A stretch of 64,000 nucleotides of DNA from a virus. The stretch lies in IMG/VR virus record IMGVR_UViG_3300025132_008118. One strand, 5' to 3'. Both the position numbers and the translations under genes were made by a program. Positions 21,901 through 31,481 of this stretch are shown piece by piece. Numbering within the stretch: position 1 is the stretch's first letter; every line of letters starts with the position of its first letter. A model generated the notes under the pieces. The model was not told where the DNA came from. It ran no database searches and saw nothing but the letters and a program-made list of their open reading frames with translations.

Positions 21901-23073
21901 GAATTGTTTTGCCACACTACCACCACCAGAAGACATTTCTACATATCTTTTTAAAGAAACTATATCACCTTTTAATGCACTGCTGATTTCTTCCTGTAAA
22001 GACTCTTTTATTTGGGTAAGTTCAACATCTTGTATCTTTTCTTTTAAAATTGTTTTATACTCTACAACATCTTTATTATTAAAAGCAGCTAATAATTCAT
22101 CATATTTTTTATTTTCTTCTTCAGATAAATTTTTAAACTTACTATCGATATCCTTAAATTCTTCATTAATAAATTTTTTAAGTTCTTCATTTTTTAAAAC
22201 CAATTCATCCTGTTCTAATAGTTTTTCTTTTAAAGAATTTAATTCTTCAAATTTTTTATTTGTTGTGCTATTATTCTCTTTTAATTTTTCTTTTATAGAA
22301 TTTAGTTCTAAAAAATTATGAGTAATTTTTTTATCACTAGATATAATTTTATTTTTATATTCTTTAGTTATACCCTCTAAAAATAAATTTACACTACTAT
22401 CAATCTCATTTATTTTCGTTTCTAAAATATTATCGATATTTTGTTTACTGAAATCTTCTACACCTTGAAGTTCTGATTGAAGCACTGTAAACTTTTCGTT
22501 TAAATCAGCAGTTATCTTTTCTAACTTTTCTTCAACTATTACTTTTTTTTTATCTTCTAACTTTTCGAAAAATAAATCTAACTTATTAGATATATCATCT
22601 TTTAAAGATACAATTTTTTCTTCAAATTGTTCCTCTAATTCATGAAGAAAAACTAATTTGTTATTAACATGGTGTTCAATAATATTTTCATAATTAACCT
22701 CTACATTATCTGAAGTTTCATCTTCAACTTCACTCTCTTCAACTTCACTCTCTTCTACGGTTAAATTTTCATTAGGTATGGTTCTAATAAAATATATATT
22801 TTCTTTATTCAATTCAACATATGTTGAACCGTTATCCACTAAAATAGCTTCTGCAGAATACTTTTTACCTTCAATATTAATTTCAAGTAAAACTTTTGGC
22901 CCTAATTCTGAATCTCCTACCTTTTCTAAAACTAATTTTTCGTCGTTTATTGTACACTCGTATACATCGAAGAATAATTCCTTTTTTGTATCGATAGAAA
23001 TAATATTTTCTTCTATAGTATCTGAATAAATTAAATCTATATCAATATTGTTGACTTGACATACTGCAGGCAT
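18916..23073 (-). CDS. Long fibre-like protein: acidic coiled-coil N-terminus, beta-shaft, 15-aa GGG-x2-N-x-A repeats
   Basis: VGIGTTSP-type shaft motifs; many FVGGGxxNxA repeats. Confidence 0.75.
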   Translation of the reverse strand: MPAVCQVNNIDIDLIYSDTIEENIISIDTKKELFFDVYECTINDEKLVLEKVGDSELGPKVLLEINIEGKKYSAEAILVDNGSTYVELNKENIYFIRTIPNENLTVEESEVEESEVEDETSDNVEVNYENIIEHHVNNKLVFLHELEEQFEEKIVSLKDDISNKLDLFFEKLEDKKKVIVEEKLEKITADLNEKFTVLQSELQGVEDFSKQNIDNILETKINEIDSSVNLFLEGITKEYKNKIISSDKKITHNFLELNSIKEKLKENNSTTNKKFEELNSLKEKLLEQDELVLKNEELKKFINEEFKDIDSKFKNLSEEENKKYDELLAAFNNKDVVEYKTILKEKIQDVELTQIKESLQEEISSALKGDIVSLKRYVEMSSGGGSVAKQFAAGGTMDGTLNVNGNILSGGTNLIDIFNSDTSINLQDVTNNGNTTTNLISSNNTIIADTILATNILSATNLDIGFELSGFNVTGNLSASGNISSGSLTTPALSTDGIDAKFTDNVIIAGDLDVGFPNENENQCITIHGSNSSGKRTQLIQTGGAFCIHPIIGNQCLILGSLSNHITMLCGNASHELRIPTGKVNIGTTGGTEKLTVAGNISASGNLSAADIKGTKIISTGNLELGGNIVDTDANEIITIDSNDVCFNGKSVRAGQSLGLRGVRGNSKGMDQSGGSDHTKLGIFNCSIEAMTVDTAGKVGINTTSPTEVLTVSGNISATNTIASSAGHFADAVGIGTTSPEAKLDISYSGFSGKYARISRGTSNIDFDLDAGGVCMKSTVKTFHIGTCDSQPLRLLTNNSTRVCITETGNVGIGATSPTELLTVSGNISASGDLSANNVFSGGLAVCTSVPTPSTPTLQQVTTQGNTTTNSLFVDGLSATKITSGINSINTGAASFIGGGINNKVTGVCASVITGNGLSATGFGSVAGGGYRNCAGGGGTFVGSGRYNCAIGSYSNIGSGYRNQTLGTYSVVGGGFRNIAHCAAAFTGGGKCNQALSACSTMVGGGYNKSCGIYTSIVGGKKNCATGACSFVGGGYYNRSCGTHSFVGGGYTNRAIGSRSFIGSGQNNQACGVKSFVGGGSSSLAKCVHSSVVGGYYNYACGDYSFVGGGVGNHARGHISFIGNGNANRTEANNAIVVGGQSNYACGACSVIVGGGGQYKGNRTIGTASVIVGGVKNLALSSEDFIGGGFSNTAAGSAAVIVGGCFNRTFGTTSSVVGGCYNNNYSSFGSILGGASNRINSDHNSSFIIGTSLSSNAACTTFVNNLSTPGVINSCSITSLDGVRVGGGSIITCAASFTPSLSDNGRTLLLDTTSGTINVTFTPQISGYSARYIKEAGASPVVFSTGTGLSGLYSYQDRNQMSIIYAQADIFYKNETIAFLGGNLQ

Positions 23074-23107
23074 ATAGGATATTTAGGTCAAAATACGTAT
23101 TATTCAA

Positions 23108-23590
23108 TTATATGTTCAATTCTTTTTCTGTTAAGATTAAAAACTTACAACCTTTTTTCTTTGACCATTCATTTGCAGCTTTCCATTTAGCTGTATTTTG
23201 GACATACATCTTTTGCTCGTATATGATAGTCTTTTGTTTTTTAAATTTAGTTTTAACTGGTCTTAAAGTCTGTTTACTTGGTTTAATCTCTATTAGAAAC
23301 TTATTTTTATTACCATTCTTATCTTTAAAGACGATATAATTATCAACAAAATATCTATGAACTTTACCATCTAAAGGATTTAAATAAGGTATTATAATAT
23401 TTTCACTACCCCAAGCTAATATATTTTCATTTAAATCTGCCCATCTAAAAAATTTTAACTCCCAGCCAGAACGATATGTAGGGTTACCTTTACCTATATA
23501 TTTTTGTGAATTAATAGGTTTAAAAATGCCTTGACGAAATTTTTTATTCTTTTTAATAAATATAGTTATGACATTTGAAGAGAAAATCAT
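23108..23590 (-). CDS. gp4: Head completion nuclease, gp4-like (TnsA-like fold); start uncertain
   Basis: KYIGKGNPTYRSGWELKFFRWAD, HRYFVD, IEIKP, NTAKWKAA. Confidence 0.88.
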   Translation of the reverse strand: MIFSSNVITIFIKKNKKFRQGIFKPINSQKYIGKGNPTYRSGWELKFFRWADLNENILAWGSENIIIPYLNPLDGKVHRYFVDNYIVFKDKNGNKNKFLIEIKPSKQTLRPVKTKFKKQKTIIYEQKMYVQNTAKWKAANEWSKKKGCKFLILTEKELNI

Positions 23591-24086
23591 TAAGAATAGT
23601 GAAATAAGACAAAAAAATTTAATGCGACCAGCTAAAATTGCATTTGAAAAACCAGATACTGGTGTGACTATTAATAAAAAGGGTGCATATTTTTTAATTA
23701 AAGACTCTGCTGATATAACTGTGAAATATTTACCATTATTATCGTATGGTAGTTTTAAGAATCCCATTATAGATTTAAAAGGTAAATTTACTCAATCAGA
23801 AATTATTGATTTCGTGGGTAGAGCAAAAGAAGAAAGTTATACTAATCAATTATTAAGTGTAATTTTAACTGATATTGGTTGTACTCAACCTATAACTCAA
23901 ATCGTAGATGATAATAAATCTGAAGAATTGGATTTATCTTTTAGTGATGACGAAGATGTTTACGGTGATTATGAAACCGAAGAAGAGGTTACTATTAAAA
24001 ACTCTTCATCCACCACCCAAGCAATAGATGTCGAAGATGCCAGTATAGTTATTCAAAAGCTTATAGAAGTTTTTAACGCTAAATAA
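23568..24086 (+). CDS. Hypothetical late protein
   Basis: 172-aa ORF with TAAATA-N5-ATG. Confidence 0.7.
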   Translation: MTFEEKIIKNSEIRQKNLMRPAKIAFEKPDTGVTINKKGAYFLIKDSADITVKYLPLLSYGSFKNPIIDLKGKFTQSEIIDFVGRAKEESYTNQLLSVILTDIGCTQPITQIVDDNKSEELDLSFSDDEDVYGDYETEEEVTIKNSSSTTQAIDVEDASIVIQKLIEVFNAK

Positions 24087-25244
24087 TTAACCAACGAAGA
24101 ATAAAGAAGGATCTGCATCTCCTTGACCTGGAGCAGATCCGGTCATTAACTGCTCTTCTAGTTTTTCTTTTTCCGATAAACCTTGCGTCATAAATTCAGA
24201 TGCATTTAAGCTACCACCTCCAAAGAGAGTAACATTACCATACTTACCTCTAATATTAGCAACTGACATTTTAGTCAACGCTAAGGCATATTGATATACC
24301 CATAACTCTTTTAATATATCTCTAATAGGTCTTTCGACGTAACAAGAAACAACTCCATAAAATCTAACGTTACTACTACTTGCGTTAGGTTGGGGGAACA
24401 TTCTTAGAATTTGCGTTCTTTCATCAAACGTATATGAACGTTTTGTAGCTAATAATTTTTCTCTAGTTTCAAGCCAATTTTTTAAAGTATACCAACTTAC
24501 TAAATCAAACCCATAATTACCCATTGCATAACTAAAATATGTTTGTTGAGCTAACGTCTGTTCAATTGTAAATAATGTATTGATACCTGTACTTGAACCT
24601 TCTTCAAAATCAGTAACAGCAATTACTTTTCTGTAATCCATTACATCATAATCAAAACTATTAATTAATTGATCAGTTTCACTAACTATAGACCCCTGCC
24701 TGGTAATATTATTTTTAACTTGAGGTATAAATAAATCGCTTATAGATGAAACTTCACTAATAATTTCACTATAAAAATCTTCAGCAAAAATATCATTAGC
24801 CGATATTCCATCCTCTAAAGCTGATGATAGACTTGAAATTGAACTAAATAATGAACCGGGTATGGTTGAGATAGCTGCGAATACGGTTTCTTTAGTATTA
24901 ATTGACTTAGTGAAGTCTTTATTAGGAGTCTTTAATTCTTTTTGTTCGGTAAATGTCTCGCTATTCTGTAAAGTAAAAAGGTCATCTATTTTTATACCGT
25001 AATCTTTTTTATATAAATTACTATCAAATATTAGATATTCTTTTGTATAACCTGCAAACTTACTAAAATATTCAATAGCTATACTAATATTTTCATAAAG
25101 CTGATCTCTATGTATTTCAACATTAGTAAAAGGATAACCTAAAGATCTTAGTATTCTATCACCAAGTCTGTTAAAATTATCTACTCTAGAATTAAGATTG
25201 GTACTTTGAAACCCTGATATAGGAGCTATTTCACACTTCGACAT
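24087..25244 (-). CDS. gp13: Neck protein, gp13-like
   Basis: ILRSLGYPFTNVEI..QLYENISIAIEYF; WVYQYALALTK...GKYGNVTLFGGGSLNA. Confidence 0.88.
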   Translation of the reverse strand: MSKCEIAPISGFQSTNLNSRVDNFNRLGDRILRSLGYPFTNVEIHRDQLYENISIAIEYFSKFAGYTKEYLIFDSNLYKKDYGIKIDDLFTLQNSETFTEQKELKTPNKDFTKSINTKETVFAAISTIPGSLFSSISSLSSALEDGISANDIFAEDFYSEIISEVSSISDLFIPQVKNNITRQGSIVSETDQLINSFDYDVMDYRKVIAVTDFEEGSSTGINTLFTIEQTLAQQTYFSYAMGNYGFDLVSWYTLKNWLETREKLLATKRSYTFDERTQILRMFPQPNASSSNVRFYGVVSCYVERPIRDILKELWVYQYALALTKMSVANIRGKYGNVTLFGGGSLNASEFMTQGLSEKEKLEEQLMTGSAPGQGDADPSLFFVG

Positions 25245-25288
25245 ACAATTATTTAATGAATTAGTTAACGGTTATATTAAATAATAAT

Positions 25289-25522
25289 ATGGCAGCAGGC
25301 GATATACATATTTCAGTAGTACCAGCATTATCAACAGTTAGCGAATATACGGTAGGTAATGCTTATGGAGGTACAAAAACTTTAAACACCAGAAGTATTG
25401 GTAATGACACTACACTTTTATCATTATATATAAATGAAGTGCAAGATGCATCTCCAGCAAAAACTTTATTACAAGTTTTAGATAGTGGTAACCGTCTAAC
25501 TTTAGTTTTAAAAGAAGATTAA
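25289..25522 (+). CDS. Hypothetical late protein
   Basis: 77-aa ORF with TAAATA-N5-ATG. Confidence 0.6.
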   Translation: MAAGDIHISVVPALSTVSEYTVGNAYGGTKTLNTRSIGNDTTLLSLYINEVQDASPAKTLLQVLDSGNRLTLVLKED

Positions 25523-27271
25523 TTAAACTTCAGGTTCTTCTGGAGCTGGAGCGGCTGGTTCTACACCAGGTTCAGTACCTACTTCAGCTGGCCCTCCACC
25601 AAATTCAGGTGGTGTCTCTCCGCTAATATCACCAGCTGGTGCACCTAAACCACCAGCTGCTGCATCACCCGCAGGGGCTGCTTGTAAATCATCTCTCCAG
25701 TTAGGCCCTCCAGATCCAATTTGCTGCAGCTCCCATTGTAATTCAGCATCTTTGCGTAAGAACTCTCTATTAGCTTTTACATCAACGTCATTCCAGCCTA
25801 GATAACGTTTTTGAGCATAAGTTGCTGCAACAAATTCATTAGACGCTAAAGAATTAAAGTTAGTAGCTTTTAATTCTAACTTCTGACTCTCTCTTAGTTC
25901 ATAGAAATTAGTAGGTACATTAAACTCTAAATGTATATTAGGAGCTTTAAGATCATATTCTTCGAATAACCCCTTTAATTTTAAATGAGTTATAAATCCA
26001 TTTTTTAGACCTCCTGCAAATTGTTGTTGCATTCTAATAATAAACTTAGCAAATTTTAATTCTTCTCTTAAGATTTCATTACCATCACTAAATTGACTAT
26101 CAGGATTTAATCTATTAAGCGGTACTTTTAATGCTTTATATAGTTTATTAACAAAATACATTAAGTCAGCTAACTCACCTAAATTAGCTCCCCCTTGTAA
26201 CTGTGTAACAGATGTACCTTCTGAACCTGCTCTTTTAGCAAACCAGAAGCTATCGAGCATAGACTGCGGATTAAACTTCTGAACTTGACCTGATTGATTT
26301 GTATCGAAAGTCTTTTTACTCCAATATTCTTGTATTAACTTTCTTAAATATGCCTCAGCCTTAGGTGGTGCCATGTTACCCACGTCAACGTTAAATACTA
26401 AACGTTCTGGAGCTCTAACTAATCTATAAATTACAATAGCATCTTCAACCAGTGATAACTGTCGGTATGCCCTTCTTGCATTTTCAATAAATGGTAATCT
26501 AAATGTCTTATCTTGATTCCATACACCAGAATTAATATATGACACTTGATTATCGTCCATTGGAATAAAATCAAACTTTTCTATTTTTTCTGGTTTATTA
26601 GGATCAAATATAGGTTTACGTAAAATATAACCTTTAATGATCATATTTTGTATATTATCATATATCGGATCAATTAAATCTGAAGGTAAAGCGACAGCAC
26701 CAAGAATTCCATCATCCGTATAACCTTGATGGATAATATGCTCGAAATAAAGTTCACCTTCAATTAATAATTGTCTAAAATATTCAAAACCTTTCTTTTC
26801 AAAGTTAAAATAATCTATATATTTTTCAAATTCATCTTTAATATTTTGCTGCTTCTCATCATCTATATCAGTATTTCTAAAAATTAAATTAATAATGTTA
26901 CCAAATTCATCTCTATTAATACATTCATCACATATTTCATCTAATGCATCGCTAATCTCAGAAAATGCAGCCATTATACGATAATCTCTCATTCTACCGC
27001 CTTTATTTTCTTCTACATTAGCATATACTAAAGCATTATAATTACCATCGACTGCAATTTGACCTGTACCGGTATTATTGAAATCATTATTATAAAAAAT
27101 AGAATTTTTAGCTAACGCTTCAACTCTTCGCATACCAGTATCCTGGAAGGTATCGTACTTAGGATTTAAATCACCTAATACTTTATTAAAGTCTACAGAT
27201 TGATATGGTAATTTATTAACTAAATTTTTTAGAAATCCAGATTGCCCTGTTTGTTTTTGTTGATCGGCCAT
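25523..27271 (-). CDS. gp20: Portal protein, gp20-like
   Basis: YRLVRAPERLVFNVDVGNM, SMLDSFWFAKR, YFVNKLYKALKVP. Confidence 0.97.
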   Translation of the reverse strand: MADQQKQTGQSGFLKNLVNKLPYQSVDFNKVLGDLNPKYDTFQDTGMRRVEALAKNSIFYNNDFNNTGTGQIAVDGNYNALVYANVEENKGGRMRDYRIMAAFSEISDALDEICDECINRDEFGNIINLIFRNTDIDDEKQQNIKDEFEKYIDYFNFEKKGFEYFRQLLIEGELYFEHIIHQGYTDDGILGAVALPSDLIDPIYDNIQNMIIKGYILRKPIFDPNKPEKIEKFDFIPMDDNQVSYINSGVWNQDKTFRLPFIENARRAYRQLSLVEDAIVIYRLVRAPERLVFNVDVGNMAPPKAEAYLRKLIQEYWSKKTFDTNQSGQVQKFNPQSMLDSFWFAKRAGSEGTSVTQLQGGANLGELADLMYFVNKLYKALKVPLNRLNPDSQFSDGNEILREELKFAKFIIRMQQQFAGGLKNGFITHLKLKGLFEEYDLKAPNIHLEFNVPTNFYELRESQKLELKATNFNSLASNEFVAATYAQKRYLGWNDVDVKANREFLRKDAELQWELQQIGSGGPNWRDDLQAAPAGDAAAGGLGAPAGDISGETPPEFGGGPAEVGTEPGVEPAAPAPEEPEV

Positions 27272-27287
27272 TATTATTATTTAATAC

Positions 27288-28436
27288 TTATTCTACTATA
27301 ATAAACGTATTATTACTACTCAACCCTCTACCACATAAAGTATCCATATATGAAAGATCTGAAAAATCATAACCAGCTTTATTTAAAGGTATGAATCTTA
27401 TAACACCTTTTAGTATAGGAGGTGAATTAAAAATTATAGTATTGTCATTTAAAATCGTAAAAGGTATTGACTGACCTGAAACTGCTACCTGTCTACTAAA
27501 ATTAGATACTGATGTAAGATTAGTATAACTAGTTTCAGTATTGGTACTAAATAGTACTGTTTCAGTGTTTGTGAAGCCACTACCATTTAATATAATACTA
27601 CCAGATGTATTAGAAGCAATAGTTAAATTTTCTTGAAGTAAAACCCCATTATAAAAAATATCAGTTATAAAAGGTGATCCAGATAACTCAAACGATTCAA
27701 TTCTATCATCAATAACCGAAGAGGCAGGATATGTATATGTATTACCTGATAATGATTCGTAGTTATCATAATATTCGAGTTTAGTTTCATTATGAAAATT
27801 ATTATCTATAAAGAATATATTACCTGATGGGTTATCAGTATCTTTAAATAACCACCCTTTAATAGTAAATGATGTATCTGCGGTAACTCTTGCTTTTTGA
27901 CTTGAATTGAGATCAGTAGGATAGTTCATATTAACGTCTCCGGTCCATAATACCTCACTTCTAATTTCTTGATCAACGCTTAAATTAAATTTTTCAGGTA
28001 CTTTCCATGATATAATTACATATGGATTACAAAAAGGCACAAAATTGCTTAGGATTTGATCCATATCAGTTTGGTATCTAGTTAAAACTGAAACTGATAA
28101 TGTAATGTTAATTGGTACAGGTGCCTTAATATGTCTAGATACTTTTTCATCCCCTATATTAGCTTGGTAATAAAACCCATCTAATTTATTGAAAACTCTA
28201 GATTGATCTCTAGAAATATTATTTACATTGACAGATACAACTGGTAATGTTAAAGTTTTATTTTCGTTTACTAGATCATATAATACTCTTTGTTTTGGAG
28301 CATATACATATCTAACATTAATCTTATCTTTCTCTACTCTATCTCTATTAAACCTACCGATAACAATATCATCAAACGCAGCAACGAACTGCGTAAGCAT
28401 ATCTTTAATTTCAAAATAAAAGGGTCGAGCTCTCAC
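27288..28436 (-). CDS. gp15: Tail terminator/sheath stabiliser, gp15-like (GTG start)
   Basis: FYFEIKDMLTQFVAAFDDIVI, VRYVYAPKQR, PVPINITLSVSV, QILSNFVPF. Confidence 0.85.
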   Translation of the reverse strand: MRARPFYFEIKDMLTQFVAAFDDIVIGRFNRDRVEKDKINVRYVYAPKQRVLYDLVNENKTLTLPVVSVNVNNISRDQSRVFNKLDGFYYQANIGDEKVSRHIKAPVPINITLSVSVLTRYQTDMDQILSNFVPFCNPYVIISWKVPEKFNLSVDQEIRSEVLWTGDVNMNYPTDLNSSQKARVTADTSFTIKGWLFKDTDNPSGNIFFIDNNFHNETKLEYYDNYESLSGNTYTYPASSVIDDRIESFELSGSPFITDIFYNGVLLQENLTIASNTSGSIILNGSGFTNTETVLFSTNTETSYTNLTSVSNFSRQVAVSGQSIPFTILNDNTIIFNSPPILKGVIRFIPLNKAGYDFSDLSYMDTLCGRGLSSNNTFIIVE

Positions 28437-28440
28437 TTAA

Positions 28441-28905
28441 TTATTTATCCCAAGGAAACTGTAACCAGCGAGTAGTATATAAAGTATTACCGGAAATAAT
28501 GTTATTATTGAATTCAGAACCATCTCTTTTTACTAAACTAGCATACAAAATATCATCACTATTAACTTTATAATTGCGATTTAATATAGAATTTACTGCA
28601 GTAAAAGTTCGCCCACTATCATTAATATCATCTACAACTAATATTTTTGAGCCTTCTTTAATACTATCAGGTCGTTGATATACTATTGTATCGAGATACT
28701 TACCATTCTCTTGCCTAGTATTAATTCCGATATTATAAAGCGTCTTTATATCTAATTTATAACTTAACATAGCTCCAGGTATTAAACCACCTCTGCCTAA
28801 GGCTGCAATGCAATCAAATTGCATATTTTTATTTTTTATTTGTTCAGCTAAACATTCAGTTAAAAAATCTATATTATTCCAAGTTAATTTTAATATATCC
28901 TCCAC
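28441..28905 (-). CDS. Type I purine phosphoribosyltransferase (gpt/hpt-like)
   Basis: GRGGLIPG, PRPP-binding ILVVDDINDSGRT, C-terminal WLQFPWD. Confidence 0.85.
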   Translation of the reverse strand: MEDILKLTWNNIDFLTECLAEQIKNKNMQFDCIAALGRGGLIPGAMLSYKLDIKTLYNIGINTRQENGKYLDTIVYQRPDSIKEGSKILVVDDINDSGRTFTAVNSILNRNYKVNSDDILYASLVKRDGSEFNNNIISGNTLYTTRWLQFPWDK

Positions 28906-28939
28906 ATACTAATTATAACATATGAACTTAAGAAATCAA
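28906..28939 (-). promoter_or_regulatory. Sigma70-type promoter TTGATT-N16-TATAAT-N6-GTG of the PRTase
   Basis: On the plus strand: attata 28912-17, aatcaa 28934-39. Confidence 0.6.
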
Positions 28940-29323
28940 GCCTTTTTTCTTCATCTGTTCTATAACTGTTGTATATAGATCTAGTTTGCTTTTTAATACA
29001 AAACCAGTTGCATTTTTTTCAATCAAATTATGTATATCATTTTTCACTCTTTCTAAGAATTTACTTGCTTGTTCACTGTCAATTACACCATAACCTTTAA
29101 GTTCTATTTCTTCGTCACCACTTATACCATTAGATATAAAAGGAGCTCCTTTAACTTTAGATGCATTAGTTGTAGGTACACTATATTTAGCATAAGAAGG
29201 TTTACCTTGATTAGGTGTATACTTACCATAATTTTTATCATTATTTCTTTGCTGCATAGAAGCAATTGCTGATTGATTTAAATTACTTTCGTAAAGATTA
29301 AAAATTTTTGATTGATCACTCAT
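28928..29323 (-). CDS. Hypothetical protein
   Basis: 131-aa ORF with TAAATA-N6-ATG. Confidence 0.6.
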   Translation of the reverse strand: MSDQSKIFNLYESNLNQSAIASMQQRNNDKNYGKYTPNQGKPSYAKYSVPTTNASKVKGAPFISNGISGDEEIELKGYGVIDSEQASKFLERVKNDIHNLIEKNATGFVLKSKLDLYTTVIEQMKKKGLIS

Positions 29324-29364
29324 TATTATTATTTAATATAAGAAAATTTAATAAATATATTAAA

Positions 29365-29757
29365 ATGGAAAAGCCTATTACTTTCTTTCGCTCTTTTTTG
29401 GAAAATATTAATTTTGCTACTTTTTTCTTAGCAGCAGTAGGCGCATTAGCCGCCCTTTGGTTAAATAGTAATTATGTTTCGCAAGAAGTGTATGAGAAGG
29501 ATCAACAAATAATTCAATTAAAAATTGAGAGTTTAGAAACAGAGACCCAAGCCTTACGATTTATGGCTCAAACAAATCAAACTGAGATAAGAGAATTGTT
29601 ACCATTGGTGGAAAAAATTGAAACATTAATAAGCAATTTTATAACACCAAGTGGTGATGTTATTATAACAGAGAGTATGAAAGAGATGGAAGTTGATATT
29701 GCTGAAATAAAGAAAGATATCGAGTATATGAAAGCTCGATTATGGCCAACAGATTAA
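29365..29757 (+). CDS. Membrane-anchored coiled-coil protein
   Basis: Start revised to MEKPITFF (TAAATA-N7-ATG); hydrophobic FATFFLAAVGALAALWL followed by heptads. Confidence 0.55.
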   Translation: MEKPITFFRSFLENINFATFFLAAVGALAALWLNSNYVSQEVYEKDQQIIQLKIESLETETQALRFMAQTNQTEIRELLPLVEKIETLISNFITPSGDVIITESMKEMEVDIAEIKKDIEYMKARLWPTD

Positions 29758-30200
29758 GAATACAATTCTAAATAGATCTTAGTATATTTATCTTCAAAAT
29801 CTCTTGCTTGTATTTCCATAGGATTTTTATAATACTTGTTAGTGTAATTTGCTGCATCAGCCTCTGTATAATCTAATTTAGAGTCTTTTACTTTATCTAA
29901 GTTATCTTGAGCAAAATGACACAACTCATGAAAATAGGAACTAATATACCATTCCTTCTTCTTAGCTAAGGTACGTTTTGATGTTTTAGTTCCTATTTCC
30001 ATTTCATTACATTCAAAGTAATAACCTGATGTATAACAATCTATAGTTTTAATTTGCAAATCATAGTTCCAGATCTTCCTAGTTCCTTTATATTCATTTA
30101 ATATAAAATTTGTAAATCGTTCCAGTTCCTTAACCTTTACATTAACTGACTTAAATAGTTCCTTTGCTTTCTTATTAAACTTACAGTTAACAATAATCAT
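29754..30200 (-). CDS. HExxH zinc-metallopeptidase-like protein
   Basis: YFHELCHFAQ followed by PMEIQA; has its own GGAAC promoter. Confidence 0.6.
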   Translation of the reverse strand: MIIVNCKFNKKAKELFKSVNVKVKELERFTNFILNEYKGTRKIWNYDLQIKTIDCYTSGYYFECNEMEIGTKTSKRTLAKKKEWYISSYFHELCHFAQDNLDKVKDSKLDYTEADAANYTNKYYKNPMEIQARDFEDKYTKIYLELYS

Positions 30201-30224
30201 ACTACTATTATATCACTGTTCCCA

Positions 30225-30259
30225 TAAAAAAAGATGCTCCCGTTTCCGGAAGCATCTTT
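30225..30259 (-). terminator. Intrinsic terminator
   Basis: AAAGATGCT...AGCATCTTT stem plus T-run on the minus strand. Confidence 0.7.
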
Positions 30260-30281
30260 ATTAAAAATATACTATTCAATC

Positions 30282-30659
30282 TTAAACGTAACCAAGTTGA
30301 TATAATCTTCTAAGTGTAGGTCCAACTGAGTTATTACCCTGAGCAGAAAGTGTTTGTAGATTACTACCACCTGTAAGAGCTCTTGTAAAAGTAAATTGAG
30401 TTGCTTTTCTATCACCATTAATGACTGCTAGTTCTTTTCCGATATATGCATTATCAATATCTAATTCATATACAATATCATCTATCTTTGCGCTAACAGT
30501 TGCTTGATGTGTCTGTAATGTATCTTCTTTGGTAAATAAAACTTTTGCAGAAGATCCATCTGATACTATCATACCTGATACACCTGTTATAGATGTTTGT
30601 TCATCTGCTAAACCAAAAGTAGTTTCGTTAAAAAATGCTATGTTGTCTCCGAGTGCCAT
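30282..30659 (-). CDS. Hypothetical late protein
   Basis: 125 aa; TAAATA-N5-ATG. Confidence 0.65.
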   Translation of the reverse strand: MALGDNIAFFNETTFGLADEQTSITGVSGMIVSDGSSAKVLFTKEDTLQTHQATVSAKIDDIVYELDIDNAYIGKELAVINGDRKATQFTFTRALTGGSNLQTLSAQGNNSVGPTLRRLYQLGYV

Positions 30660-30675
30660 GTAATTATTTAATCAA

Positions 30676-30978
30676 TTAGATGTTAAGATTACGAAGTCTT
30701 TGTCTTCTTTGTTCATCAGTTTCTTCAACTTGCACCTCTTCAGCTGAAACCCCAATGTCTGCTACTTGCTCTACTAGCTTTTCTTTAGTTAGTCTCTTGT
30801 CAAGCTCTACGCCATCTTCTCTTGCTAACTCTTCAAGCTGATCTTTAGATAAAGAAGAGATATGCTTTTCAAGCTGTTTAACCATTTTAGATTTTAAGAG
30901 CCTTCTATCTAACTCTACACCATACTTACGGGCAAGTTCTTCAAGCTCTTCTTTAGATAATTTAGAATATTCACTCAT
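30676..30978 (-). CDS. Protein with two Rho-N/HeH-like helical repeats
   Basis: LSKEELEELARKYGVELDRRLLK and LSKDQLEELAREDGVELDKRLTK; start revised to 30978. Confidence 0.6.
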   Translation of the reverse strand: MSEYSKLSKEELEELARKYGVELDRRLLKSKMVKQLEKHISSLSKDQLEELAREDGVELDKRLTKEKLVEQVADIGVSAEEVQVEETDEQRRQRLRNLNI

Positions 30979-31058
30979 ACTATTATTTATACAATCGCGC
31001 AAAATTCCCCGACACCAAACAAAGCGCGGATTTGTCGCAGATGGTCTTAAATAAAAAT

Positions 31059-31481
31059 ATGTACGAATATAAAGCAGTAGTAACTCGAGTTGTTGATGGT
31101 GATACCGTCGACGTTGATATAGATTTAGGTTTTAATGTATGGCTTAAAAAGCAGCGCATTCGCCTCTATGGTATAGATACACCAGAGAGTAGAACATCAG
31201 ATAAGGTAGAGAAGGTATTTGGTAATCTAGCTAAGTCTAAAGTGTTAGAATTTTGCCCAGTAGGCTCAAATATTATACTCCAAACCAAAACCGATGATAG
31301 TAGAGGTAAGTATGGTAGAATTTTAGGTGAGCTAGTTACACTAGAAGGTACTAATGTTAATACCTTTCTTATAGAGAACAATTACGGTGTTGCTTACTTT
31401 GGTAAGTCTAAAGATGAGATAGCTGATGAGCAATTAGCTAACAGGGATATACTAATAGAAAAAGGTGAAGTTACTCTTTAG
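31059..31481 (+). CDS. Thermonuclease (SNase-like) family protein
   Basis: VTRVVDGDTVDV, RIRLYGIDTPE, GKYGRILG; start revised to MYEYKA. Confidence 0.88.
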   Translation: MYEYKAVVTRVVDGDTVDVDIDLGFNVWLKKQRIRLYGIDTPESRTSDKVEKVFGNLAKSKVLEFCPVGSNIILQTKTDDSRGKYGRILGELVTLEGTNVNTFLIENNYGVAYFGKSKDEIADEQLANRDILIEKGEVTL

